DNA of 55,444 nt from a virus (Duplodnaviria > Caudoviricetes), in the IMG/VR virus record IMGVR_UViG_3300014848_000022, positions 1 through 55,444 of that record; one strand, written 5' to 3'. Each line of letters opens with the position of its first letter. The first letter of the stretch is position 1. Made by a program: the position numbers and the translations under genes. The notes below the pieces were generated by a model. It had not been told where the DNA came from. It did no database searches and was given only the letters and a program-made list of their open reading frames with translations. This document shows positions 45,272 through 53,903 of the stretch, piece by piece.

Positions 45272-46071
45272 ATGCTCATACCAAGATCGAATCTACCAAG
45301 CCGACTGGCCTTGCCCTGCTGCGAGAGCCGTTCCCGGCAAACCTCATTTCAAAGCTGCCGAAGCCGTACAAGAAGGATGCGCAGAAGGGCCGCTGTGGCG
45401 AATGCGGTGGATGGCATGGGCTACCTGCCGCGCACCTCGACTATGTCGGCCACGCCGCACTGACTGATCGCCTCCTCGATGCTGACCCGGAATGGAACTG
45501 GGAGCCGATGGCTCACAACCAGGACGGAAGCCCGGCATTCGACCAGGCCGGTGGCCTCTGGATCAAGCTCACCGTCTGCGGCCAGACCCGGCTTGGCTAT
45601 GGTCATGCTGATGGCAAGCGTGGCGGCGACGCGATCAAGGAGGTGATCGGCGATGCCCTGCGCAATGCCGCTATGCGCTTTGGCGCGGCCCTCGACCTCT
45701 GGCACAAGGGTGACCTTCATGCCGACGAGAGCGAAGATGGCACGCAGGCATCGCAGGGCGACCAGCATAAGGCCGAGAAGCCCAAGAATGCCGCCAGCAA
45801 CAAGTCTGCGAGTGGCATGCCCGATCATGCCTTCGCCAAGTTGCAGCAGCTCCTGGCAGCTACCAGCACCACGCCTGACATCCTCTGCGGTCACTACAAG
45901 GTCGATCATATTGGCCAGCTCACCGAGGCCCAGTTCAACGATGCTGTGCAGGTGATGGAGAACCAGCTCGCAGAAAAGGCAAAGCGCCAGAGCGATGAGC
46001 GCGCCAGTCGTGAGCAGCGGAACCGCAAGAACGAATTCGCCGGGGCTGATCTGGGCGACACCAACTTCTGA
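45268..46071 (+). CDS. Rad52/Sak-like single-strand annealing protein
   Basis: LDYVGHA...RLLDADPEWNW...LTVCG.TR.GYG...KEVIGDALRNAAMRFG..LDLW; SD GGAGG before GTG. Confidence 0.8.
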   Translation: MNAHTKIESTKPTGLALLREPFPANLISKLPKPYKKDAQKGRCGECGGWHGLPAAHLDYVGHAALTDRLLDADPEWNWEPMAHNQDGSPAFDQAGGLWIKLTVCGQTRLGYGHADGKRGGDAIKEVIGDALRNAAMRFGAALDLWHKGDLHADESEDGTQASQGDQHKAEKPKNAASNKSASGMPDHAFAKLQQLLAATSTTPDILCGHYKVDHIGQLTEAQFNDAVQVMENQLAEKAKRQSDERASREQRNRKNEFAGADLGDTNF

Positions 46072-46082
46072 AAGGCAATCCA

Positions 46083-47045
46083 ATGACCACGATCTACAAG
46101 GGCTCGCGTGGCCCTGTCGAAATTGCCACCATGAACGGAAAACATGCCGCGACCGCTGCTGCCAAACTGCGCCGCGAAGCGCCGGAGCGCGTGGCCGAGA
46201 TCGAAGCGCTCGAAGCGCACGCCGCCCGCATGGCCGTCGAACACGCGCCCGCATCGATCGGCGACAACGGCGGCCCGCCGCTTGAAGAGCCAGCCAAGCT
46301 CTCGGGCCGCAATGCGGTCGAGGTCCATGTTGGCGATCTGCTCACCGAGGCCAGCAATTGGGCCGATGGGGTTCCGCTGGAATCTCAGGAGCAGGCTGAC
46401 CAGGTGGCCAAACTGGTGCGCATGCTTGAGCAGGCTGGCAGGCAGGTCGATGCTACCGCCGACGAAGAGAAGCGCCCGCACAACGACGCGCTGACCGAGA
46501 TTGGCAACTGGCGCAATGCCTGGATGGCCAAGGGGCTCAAGCGGACGCCCGATGGCAAGATCACCACCGCGCTCGCCGCGCTGGGCCGGCTGTCGACCGG
46601 ATGGCTGGTAAAGCTCGACAACGAGCGCAAGGCCCGTGAGGCCAAGGCCGCCAAGGAAGCCGCCGCCGCTGCTGCCGCTGCGCTCGCTGCCCGGCAGGAA
46701 GCCGAGGCGACCACTGACCTCGCCGTCGTCGAGGACGCGCAGGACAAGATGACCGAGGCCATGTCGCTGATCAAGCAGGCCCAGAGCATCGGCAAGGCAA
46801 AGGTCAAGGTCGGGGGAGGGGAGGGCTTTCGCGCGCAGACTCTGCGCTCGACCTGGTCGGCGATCCCCACCGGCGAAGAAGGCGCATGGCCTGCGGCGCT
46901 CAAGGCACTTCTGCCTGATGAAGCCTTTGCGGCCGACCTGCGTGAACTGATCCAGCGCCACGCGAACCGCCTGGCGCAGACCGAGGCCGGGCGGGGCAAG
47001 GGGCTGTCTGGCTTCACTTTCCACGAAGAACGAAAGGCAGCCTGA
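46083..47045 (+). CDS. Coiled-coil recombination-region protein
   Basis: IGDNGGP motif and long Ala/Glu/Lys helices; between annealase and SSB. Confidence 0.65.
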   Translation: MTTIYKGSRGPVEIATMNGKHAATAAAKLRREAPERVAEIEALEAHAARMAVEHAPASIGDNGGPPLEEPAKLSGRNAVEVHVGDLLTEASNWADGVPLESQEQADQVAKLVRMLEQAGRQVDATADEEKRPHNDALTEIGNWRNAWMAKGLKRTPDGKITTALAALGRLSTGWLVKLDNERKAREAKAAKEAAAAAAAALAARQEAEATTDLAVVEDAQDKMTEAMSLIKQAQSIGKAKVKVGGGEGFRAQTLRSTWSAIPTGEEGAWPAALKALLPDEAFAADLRELIQRHANRLAQTEAGRGKGLSGFTFHEERKAA

Positions 47046-47539
47046 TGGCCAGCGTCAACAAGGTGATCCTGATCGGCAATCTCGGGGCCGATCCTGAGGT
47101 CAAGTCCTTCCAGAACGGTGGCCGCATCGCGAACCTGCGCATCGCCACGTCCGAAGCGTGGAAGGACCGCCAGACCGGCGAGCGCAAGGAGCGCACCGAG
47201 TGGCATAGCGTGTCGATCCAGTCGGAGGGCCTTGTCGGCGTGGCCGAGCGCTACCTGCGCAAGGGGAGCAAGATCTACATCGAAGGCCAGCTGCGCACCC
47301 GCAAGTGGCAGGACCAGAGCGGGCAGGATCACTACAGCACCGAGATCGTGCTGAGCGGCCCGCGCGCGCAGCTGGTCATGCTCGACGGTGCCCAAGACAA
47401 TCAGGGCGGTAGCCAGCGTGGCAGCGGGCAGGGCTGGGGCGATCAGCGGGATGAGCGCCAAGGCGCCGCGCGCGGTGGCTGGGGTAACCAAGGCGGGAAT
47501 TTCGCCGATGATTGCCTCGACGACGAGATTCCCTTCTGA
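47045..47539 (+). CDS. ssb: Single-stranded DNA-binding protein
   Basis: [16 protein letters not shown] start and DDEIPF tail. Confidence 0.97.
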   Translation: MASVNKVILIGNLGADPEVKSFQNGGRIANLRIATSEAWKDRQTGERKERTEWHSVSIQSEGLVGVAERYLRKGSKIYIEGQLRTRKWQDQSGQDHYSTEIVLSGPRAQLVMLDGAQDNQGGSQRGSGQGWGDQRDERQGAARGGWGNQGGNFADDCLDDEIPF

Positions 47540-47883
47540 TGCTGCCCGCCCGCCTCCCCAAGAAGCCAAAGCGCGACAGCCGATGGCGTTCGCAAGCGCA
47601 CCTGGCGTTTGTCCGGTCGCACCATTGCAGCGTGGCCGGATGCACCGGCATGCCGATTGAGGCCGCTCATGTCCGCCTCGGCTCAGGTGCCGGTATGGGC
47701 CAGAAGCCTGACGACTGGCATGCTGTCAGCCTTTGCCGCGACCATCACGCTCGCCAGCACGAGGTTGGAGAGCGCACGTTCTGGGCTGGCATCGATGTCG
47801 AGGCCCTGATCGACGCCTTCTGCCGCGCCAGCCCGCGCGCTGCCGAAATTCGCCGTACCCGCAATGAAAGGTCTGCCGCATGA
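47539..47883 (+). CDS. DUF968-like HNH-fold protein
   Basis: HLAFVRSHHCSVAGC...EAAHVR...GMGQKPDD...LCRDHH..QH..GE. Confidence 0.8.
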   Translation: MLPARLPKKPKRDSRWRSQAHLAFVRSHHCSVAGCTGMPIEAAHVRLGSGAGMGQKPDDWHAVSLCRDHHARQHEVGERTFWAGIDVEALIDAFCRASPRAAEIRRTRNERSAA

Positions 47884-48320
47884 GCACCGCCGACCGCCCG
47901 CCGCTGCTGTTCAAGTCTCACTTGGGCATGCTTCGCCCCGCCAATCGCGCGGCCGAGGAAGCCATGCGCGAGATCAAGGGCACCGTCCGCTGCGAAATCA
48001 AAGGTGGCATCGCCAACCAGCGGCGTCGCAGCCTGTATTGGGCGGTCGCGCATCTGGTCGTGCCGCTGCTGAACGATCTGCACGGCATGACGCTGGACGA
48101 GCAGGATCTCCACGATATCACCCGCGCCAAACTGCGCATGTGCGATGAGTTACGGCTACCCAGCGGGGAGGTTCACCGCAAGCTGTGGTCCACCAGCAAC
48201 CGTGCGATGAACGAGGCTGAACGGGCTGCCTTCACCGACAAGGCGCTGGCGCTTTGGTCGACATGGTGTGGCGTGGACGTGATGACCTTGCGCGCCGAAG
48301 CGGAAAGGCTGGCGGCATGA
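47880..48320 (+). CDS. NinB/DUF1367-like protein
   Basis: NQRRRSLYWA and STSNRAMNEAERAAF motifs. Confidence 0.65.
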   Translation: MSTADRPPLLFKSHLGMLRPANRAAEEAMREIKGTVRCEIKGGIANQRRRSLYWAVAHLVVPLLNDLHGMTLDEQDLHDITRAKLRMCDELRLPSGEVHRKLWSTSNRAMNEAERAAFTDKALALWSTWCGVDVMTLRAEAERLAA

Positions 48321-49432
48321 GCTGGTCCCCGCAACAGGAGCAGGCGATTGCTGCCGTGCGCGCCTGGCTAGCCGATCCGAGCGGCGCGCAGGTGTTCCGC
48401 ATGTTTGGATATGCCGGTACCGGCAAAACCACGCTGGCGAAGGAGCTGGCGGGCGAGGTCAAGGGTGCCGTCCTTTACGCAACCTTCACCGGCAAGGCCG
48501 CGCTCGTGCTGCGCAAGAAGGGCTGCGAGGGCGCATCGACGATCCACTCTCTGATCTACCGGGTGGAGGTGGACGACCGGACTGGTGAAGCCGACTTCAT
48601 CCTCGACCGCGATTGCGCGCTGGCGAATGCGGCTTTGCTCATCGTCGACGAGGTGTCGATGGTGGGTGAGGATCTCGCCAAGGATCTGCTCAGCTTTGGC
48701 CGTCGCATTCTGGTCTTGGGCGACCCTGCACAGCTACCGCCGGTCAAGGACGAAGGGTTCTTCATCAAGGCTGATCCCGACATCATGCTGACCGAGGTGC
48801 ACCGGCAGGCGCGCGATAACCCGATCATCCGCATGAGCATGGACATCCGGGCCGGAAAGCCGCTGGCAGCGGGCGCCTATGGCGACAGCCTGGTGATCGG
48901 CCAACGCCAAATTGACCGCGACGAGCTGGCCCAGCGCGTTCTCGGCGCCGACCAGCTGCTATGCGGCCTGAACCGGACTCGCACGAACTACAATGCCCGC
49001 ATTCGCCAGTTGAAGGGCCTGCACGGCCGCAATCAGCATTGGCATCCGGCAGCGGGCGATCGGCTGATCTGCCTGCGCAACAACAGCGACAAGCATCTGT
49101 TCAACGGCGGACTGTGGGATGCCGAAGACGTGACTGATCTGGGCGGCAAGCTGTCAGTGATCGCGCGATCGCTCGACGAGAAGCGCGACCCGGTCGAGGT
49201 CACTGTCTTCGAGCAGTTCTTCAACGGGTCCGAGAAGGACATCCCGTGGCAGGAAAAGCGCGGGACGCATGAGTTCACGTTCGGATGGGCGATCACCGTG
49301 CACAAGTCTCAGGGCAGCCAATGGTCGAATGTCATCGTGTTCGACGAGAGCGGCGCCTTCCGAGAAGCGCGCCGCAACCACCTCTACACCGCCGTCACCC
49401 GCGCTGCCGAGCGCGTCACGGTGATCGTGTGA
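48317..49432 (+). CDS. RecD-like SF1B DNA helicase
   Basis: GYAGTGKT, IVDEVSM, LGDPAQLPPV, HRQ, TVHKSQGSQW and YTAVTRA. Confidence 0.95.
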   Translation: MSWSPQQEQAIAAVRAWLADPSGAQVFRMFGYAGTGKTTLAKELAGEVKGAVLYATFTGKAALVLRKKGCEGASTIHSLIYRVEVDDRTGEADFILDRDCALANAALLIVDEVSMVGEDLAKDLLSFGRRILVLGDPAQLPPVKDEGFFIKADPDIMLTEVHRQARDNPIIRMSMDIRAGKPLAAGAYGDSLVIGQRQIDRDELAQRVLGADQLLCGLNRTRTNYNARIRQLKGLHGRNQHWHPAAGDRLICLRNNSDKHLFNGGLWDAEDVTDLGGKLSVIARSLDEKRDPVEVTVFEQFFNGSEKDIPWQEKRGTHEFTFGWAITVHKSQGSQWSNVIVFDESGAFREARRNHLYTAVTRAAERVTVIV

Positions 49433-49446
49433 ATCACGGAGCCACC

Positions 49447-49725
49447 ATGACCACCGCCACCCTACTGCGCCTGACCGATCCGGCTGCTGCCGAGGCGACC
49501 ATGGCCGTCATCGTCAACCGCCACCTTGAGATGAAGCGCACCATCACCGCAGACGACACGCTCGCTGACTTGGGCATCATCTGCGAGGCGCACCTGATCA
49601 GCATCCAGTGCGACGTGGAGGAGCAGTTGGTCGGCGATGAGCTGCCCCATGGCGCCGTGCGCGCCGACATGACGCTGGCTGATCTGGTGGCGCTGGTCGA
49701 GAGCACGCTGGGGAGGGCGGCATGA
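49447..49725 (+). CDS. Acyl carrier protein-like protein lacking the DSL serine
   Basis: ITADDTLADLG...DVEEQL.GDELP...MTLADLVALVE follows the ACP helix pattern; SD GGAG. Confidence 0.6.
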   Translation: MTTATLLRLTDPAAAEATMAVIVNRHLEMKRTITADDTLADLGIICEAHLISIQCDVEEQLVGDELPHGAVRADMTLADLVALVESTLGRAA

Positions 49726-50900
49726 CTATGACTTATGGCAGCATCTGCTCGGGCATTGAGGCGGCCAGCGTGGCTTGGCACGCGCTCGGATGGCGCCCGG
49801 CCTTCTTTTCCGAGATTGAGGCCTTTCCCTGCGCCGTTCTGGCGCACCGCTTCCCCGCCGTGCCCTGCCATGGCGACTTCACCACCATCGGGGCCGATCA
49901 ATATGGACCAATTGACCTTCTTGTCGGAGGAACCCCCTGCCAGTCGTTCAGCATCGCAGGCCTTAGAGGCGGACTGGACGACAGCCGTGGCAACCTCGCG
50001 CTTGAATTTCTGCGCCTTGCTGATCGCAAGCGCCCCCGATGGCTGGTCTGGGAGAACGTCCCCGGCGTCCTGTCGTCGAACGGAGGACGGGACTTTGGTT
50101 CCATCCTCGGGGGCATGGTCGAACTCGGGTATGGCGTCGCCTACCGAGTCCTGGACGCTCAGCACTTTGGAGTTCCACAGCGGCGCCGTCGCGTCTTCGT
50201 TGTCGGATATCTTGGAGACTGGCGCCGTGCCGCAGCAGTTCTTTTTGAGCGCCACAGCCTGTCGGGGCATTCTGCGCCGCGCCGCCAAGCGCGGTCGGCA
50301 GTTGCCGCCCTCACTGCAAACGGCGTTGGAACATGCGGCGTAGATGACAATCAAGGACAGGCCGGGCACCTGATCCCCGATATCGTAGGCCAAGCAATGA
50401 GCGCAAAGTGGGCCAAGGGCACGGCAGGGCCGGCAGGGGACGAGCACCACAATCTGATACCGGTAGCGTTCCCTGCTGAAATGTCCGGCACGCAATGCGC
50501 CTCTGCCGTAGATCGATCTCCCGCGCTGTCTGTCACGCACACGATGGCTGTGGCCTACCCGCTCCAAGAAGTCGGCAAGCGTACTGGCGTGAGCACTGAT
50601 GACCATCGCGCAGGTATCGGAATCGGCGGTGAGGCTGATCCCATGTTTACGCTGCAAGCCGGTGCACAGCATGGTGTTGGTACTGCCCATGCCGTCCGCC
50701 GCCTGACGCCCACGGAATGCGAGCGCTTGCAAGGCTTCCCCGATGGCTGGACCGACGTTCCCCATCGAGGAAAGCCTGCCGCCGACGGCCCACGCTACAA
50801 GGCGCTGGGTAACAGCATGGCCGTGCCCTGTATGCTTTGGCTGGGCCAGCGCATCCAACAGGTCGAAAATCTTGCCAGGGAGACGGCCTATGCCGCGTAG
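49722..50900 (+). CDS. DNA (cytosine-5) methyltransferase
   Basis: CSGIEA, GGTPCQSFS, ENV, QRRRRVF, RRLTPTECERLQGFPD and LGNSM. Confidence 0.96.
   Translation: MTMTYGSICSGIEAASVAWHALGWRPAFFSEIEAFPCAVLAHRFPAVPCHGDFTTIGADQYGPIDLLVGGTPCQSFSIAGLRGGLDDSRGNLALEFLRLADRKRPRWLVWENVPGVLSSNGGRDFGSILGGMVELGYGVAYRVLDAQHFGVPQRRRRVFVVGYLGDWRRAAAVLFERHSLSGHSAPRRQARSAVAALTANGVGTCGVDDNQGQAGHLIPDIVGQAMSAKWAKGTAGPAGDEHHNLIPVAFPAEMSGTQCASAVDRSPALSVTHTMAVAYPLQEVGKRTGVSTDDHRAGIGIGGEADPMFTLQAGAQHGVGTAHAVRRLTPTECERLQGFPDGWTDVPHRGKPAADGPRYKALGNSMAVPCMLWLGQRIQQVENLARETAYAA
49903..50343 (+). CDS. Nested alternative-frame ORF, putative second methyltransferase polypeptide
   Basis: 146 aa in the +1 frame ending SSLSDILE...FFLSATACRGILRRAAKRGRQLPPSLQTALE. 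Confidence 0.65.
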   Translation: MDQLTFLSEEPPASRSASQALEADWTTAVATSRLNFCALLIASAPDGWSGRTSPASCRRTEDGTLVPSSGAWSNSGMASPTESWTLSTLEFHSGAVASSLSDILETGAVPQQFFLSATACRGILRRAAKRGRQLPPSLQTALEHAA

Positions 50901-51384
50901 TCCCGACGAAGTGCGCAAGGCGAAACGCGAGTTCATGGCCCGCAAGCGCGCCGAAGATCCCGATGGCGCGCGCGCCTACAGCCGGAACTATCACCAGCGC
51001 AATCGAGAAAAGCAACTCGACAAGATGCGCAGCTACTACGCCCGCCGCTTTTTTTGGGGACGGGCCATGAAGTTGCGTGGTGCGGGGAAAGCTTCGACCG
51101 CAGATTTGGCGCGGCTTTGGAAGTTGCAGCGCGGTCAATGCGCCATGACCGGGCGCCGTCTCACGCGAGACACAGCCCATCTTGATCACATCGTTGCGAA
51201 GGCACGTGGGGGGACAGATGCGATCGGCAATCTTCGTTGGGTTTGCACAGAGGCCAACCTCGCCAAGCGCGAATTGAGCGACGCTGAGTTTCTGGCGCTG
51301 TGCTCTGACGTCATGGCTTGGATCGGAAACCGTATCGCGATGGTCGAGGCCATCACGGATGCGGCGCGAAAAGTCGTCGCATGA
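50890..51384 (+). CDS. Free-standing HNH endonuclease
   Basis: QRGQCAMTG...HLDHIVAKARGGTDAIGNLRWVCTEANLAK; SD GGAG. Confidence 0.88.
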   Translation: MPRSPDEVRKAKREFMARKRAEDPDGARAYSRNYHQRNREKQLDKMRSYYARRFFWGRAMKLRGAGKASTADLARLWKLQRGQCAMTGRRLTRDTAHLDHIVAKARGGTDAIGNLRWVCTEANLAKRELSDAEFLALCSDVMAWIGNRIAMVEAITDAARKVVA

Positions 51385-51515
51385 GCTTGGCCATGTGCCT
51401 GGAACGCCTGCGCAGCGAGACCTTTCCGGGCCTCGCCGACGCGATTGCGGAGCAGTGGGGGGCTTTGCTGCTCAACCCTGCCCAGCCCGATTTTTTCGAG
51501 AGGTTCGCGGCATGA
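51381..51515 (+). CDS. Small hypothetical protein or gene remnant
   Basis: ATGA-coupled at both ends; RSETFPGLADAIAEQWG. Confidence 0.45.
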   Translation: MSLAMCLERLRSETFPGLADAIAEQWGALLLNPAQPDFFERFAA

Positions 51516-51763
51516 CGATCTTGGCTTTCCTTTCCTCGAAATCTCCCAGCGAGCAGGTGTGGTGGGACTTGAACAAGTCGCGTTCTTTCTTGCGCGAGCG
51601 ATTGGATTGGAGTTTTGGCATACAGAAAAAGCTCCGGTTTAAGGGGCTGTCCAATCCCGCTGCCTGCGGTTTTGCAAGGCGGCCTTGGAGGGCTCCCCGC
51701 TCGATGGCGCCTTCTGTCACGGGTTTCCTCGTGCGGGATTTCCGGAGAGGGCTGTCCGCATGA
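51512..51763 (+). CDS. Hypothetical protein
   Basis: ATGA-coupled at both ends but atypical composition. Confidence 0.35.
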   Translation: MTILAFLSSKSPSEQVWWDLNKSRSFLRERLDWSFGIQKKLRFKGLSNPAACGFARRPWRAPRSMAPSVTGFLVRDFRRGLSA

Positions 51764-52329
51764 CCTGGCCCTTCGGCACCCTGCGCCCACTGTCCTATGG
51801 CGCAATCATCGCGGACCCTCCCTGGTACTTCCGCAACTACAGCGCCAAGGGCGAGGTGAAAAACCCGGTGGCCCATTACGACTGCATGGGGACCGCCGAC
51901 ATTGCCGCGCTGCCGGTTCACCAGCTGGCCGGGCCGGACTGCGCGCTGTTCATGTGGGCAACCGCGCCGATGCTGCCGGATGCCATCCATCTGATGCAGG
52001 CATGGGGCTTCACGTTCAAGTCGGCCGGCGCCTGGGCGAAGCAATCGAGCACGGGCGAGCGCTGGGCATTCGGCACCGGCTATTGCTTCCGCTCGGCCGC
52101 CGAGTTCTACCTGCTCGGCACGATCGGCAAGCCCAAGGTCAGGTCGCGATCGATCAGGAACCTGATCGTTGCTCCGGTGCGCGAGCATAGCCGTAAGCCT
52201 GACGCCTTGCACGCCGACGTCGAAGCGCTTTACCATGGCCCCTATGCCGAGCTGTTCGCGCGCCAAGCGCGGTCCGGGTGGGAAGCATGGGGTAACCAGA
52301 CCGATCTTTTTCCAAAGGAAGCAGCATGA
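51760..52329 (+). CDS. MT-A70-family N6-adenine methyltransferase
   Basis: IIADPPW, HYDCM, LFMW, WGF, HSRKPD and ELFAR...WGNQ. Confidence 0.95.
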   Translation: MTWPFGTLRPLSYGAIIADPPWYFRNYSAKGEVKNPVAHYDCMGTADIAALPVHQLAGPDCALFMWATAPMLPDAIHLMQAWGFTFKSAGAWAKQSSTGERWAFGTGYCFRSAAEFYLLGTIGKPKVRSRSIRNLIVAPVREHSRKPDALHADVEALYHGPYAELFARQARSGWEAWGNQTDLFPKEAA

Positions 52330-52607
52330 CCCAGCTTCTGACTGAGGCTGAGGCCGCCCGACGCCTGCTTATCAGCCTGTCGAGCCTGCGCGAGATCCGC
52401 AGGCGCGGCGGCATCCGCTATGTTGCCGTCTCGACCCGTCGAATCGCCTATCGACCCGAGGACTGCGACGATTATGTTCAGGCACATGTGCGGATCGAGC
52501 CGTCGCGGATGAACGAGAAGCCCAAGGGGAGGCAGAAGTCTGTCAGCGGGGCGCGGCCCGAGGCCAATGTCGTGCCGTTTAGCCAGCGAAAGAGGCAAGT
52601 GCGGTGA
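52326..52607 (+). CDS. Excisionase-like HTH protein
   Basis: LLTEAEAARRLLIS...IAYRPED; coupled to the integrase. Confidence 0.8.
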   Translation: MTQLLTEAEAARRLLISLSSLREIRRRGGIRYVAVSTRRIAYRPEDCDDYVQAHVRIEPSRMNEKPKGRQKSVSGARPEANVVPFSQRKRQVR

Positions 52608-53794
52608 CCATCTACCGGCCCAAGGGCAAGCCCTTCTACCACTACGACTTCCAGATGAAGGGCATCCGTTATCACGGATCGACGCACTGCGTGTCGAAGC
52701 GCGACGCGGAGCGTTACGAGCGCGACCTGCGCACCGAGATTGCATCGGGCCGCCGGGAGAAGCCGACGATCACCCTCGACCTAGGGGCGGGGCTCTATTG
52801 GGACGACAAGGGCCAATTCGAAGCGAACGGCGCGACCACCGAATACCAACTGGGCAACTTGGTGCGGCTGATCGGGGGGACAACCTTGGCCCACGACATC
52901 GACGATTTGACCGTCAGCCGGTTCGTTGCTGTGCGCCGATCAGAGCGCAAGCGCCGCGGCGTGCGCAAGGTCCGGCGCGTGAAGAAGGGTGAGCAACCTT
53001 CGCCACCGCCGCCCCTCGTGTCGAATGCGACCGTGAACCGCGAGGTTGAGTTGCTCAAACGGCTGATCCGGTTCCTGTCCGGCCGCTATCGAATCGGCGA
53101 GATCGACTGGAAAAAGCACAAGCTGGCGGAGAAGCAGGAGCGCATTCGCGAGGCATCGCCCGAGGAGGAAGATGCCCTGTTTGCCCGCCTGCGTGCGGAA
53201 GATGCGGACCTTGCCGACCTGGTTGAGTTTTCCTTGCTCTCAGGCCAGCGCAAGAACGCGATCGTGACGCTGCTATGGTCGAAGATCGACCTCAAGCGCG
53301 GTACTGCCTCGGTCCACACCAAGGGCGACATCTGGCACACCTTCCCGCTGACCCAGCGCATGAAGGAGATCATCGCCAACCGCCCCAAGAAGGACAGTGG
53401 CGGCTTCGTGTTCAGCTATGTCTGCAAGCGGCCACGCCCTGAGAAGCCGGGTAAGCCTCAACGCCTGGCCGGTCACCGCTACCCCTACAGCAAACAGGGC
53501 TGGGACCGGACTTGGCGGCGCATGCTCAAGGAGGCAGGGATCACCGATTTCCGCTTCCACGACCTGCGCCATACCAGCGCCACGCGCCTTGTACGATCAA
53601 GCGGAAACCTCAAGGCAGCGCAGAAGCTGCTCGGCCATGCGCGCATCGAGACGACGGCCCGATATGCCCATGTGACGGGCGACGATCTGCTCGAAATTAT
53701 GGAAAATGCACACCACTCCCGACATAGTCCCGACCAAGGGCAATTGGGTGAGGTGGAAAATCTAGCGAAACCAACGCTTAGGCGGGTAAAGTGA
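52604..53794 (+). CDS. int: Tyrosine integrase
   Basis: Catalytic set GQR, TKG, FHDLRH, LGH and RYAH. Confidence 0.96.
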   Translation: MTIYRPKGKPFYHYDFQMKGIRYHGSTHCVSKRDAERYERDLRTEIASGRREKPTITLDLGAGLYWDDKGQFEANGATTEYQLGNLVRLIGGTTLAHDIDDLTVSRFVAVRRSERKRRGVRKVRRVKKGEQPSPPPPLVSNATVNREVELLKRLIRFLSGRYRIGEIDWKKHKLAEKQERIREASPEEEDALFARLRAEDADLADLVEFSLLSGQRKNAIVTLLWSKIDLKRGTASVHTKGDIWHTFPLTQRMKEIIANRPKKDSGGFVFSYVCKRPRPEKPGKPQRLAGHRYPYSKQGWDRTWRRMLKEAGITDFRFHDLRHTSATRLVRSSGNLKAAQKLLGHARIETTARYAHVTGDDLLEIMENAHHSRHSPDQGQLGEVENLAKPTLRRVK

Positions 53795-53797
53795 AGG

Positions 53798-53840
<43 letters not shown>

Positions 53841-53851
53841 ACACGGCCTTG

Positions 53852-53880
53852 CCCTTAGGTCTGCGCAGGGAGGCGTGCAA
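53852..53880 (-). promoter_or_regulatory. Putative host tRNA-Pro promoter
   Basis: TTGCAC-17 nt-TAAGGG, ending 11 nt upstream of the tRNA fragment. Confidence 0.5.
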
Positions 53881-53903
53881 GAACAAACTTGGCGTGAGGC
53901 GCC

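Noticed and set aside
47539-47883. DUF968-like gene as a fourth mobile HNH cassette
   Set aside because: It is coupled within the recombination operon with typical codon use, and has no duplicated terminus or leader.
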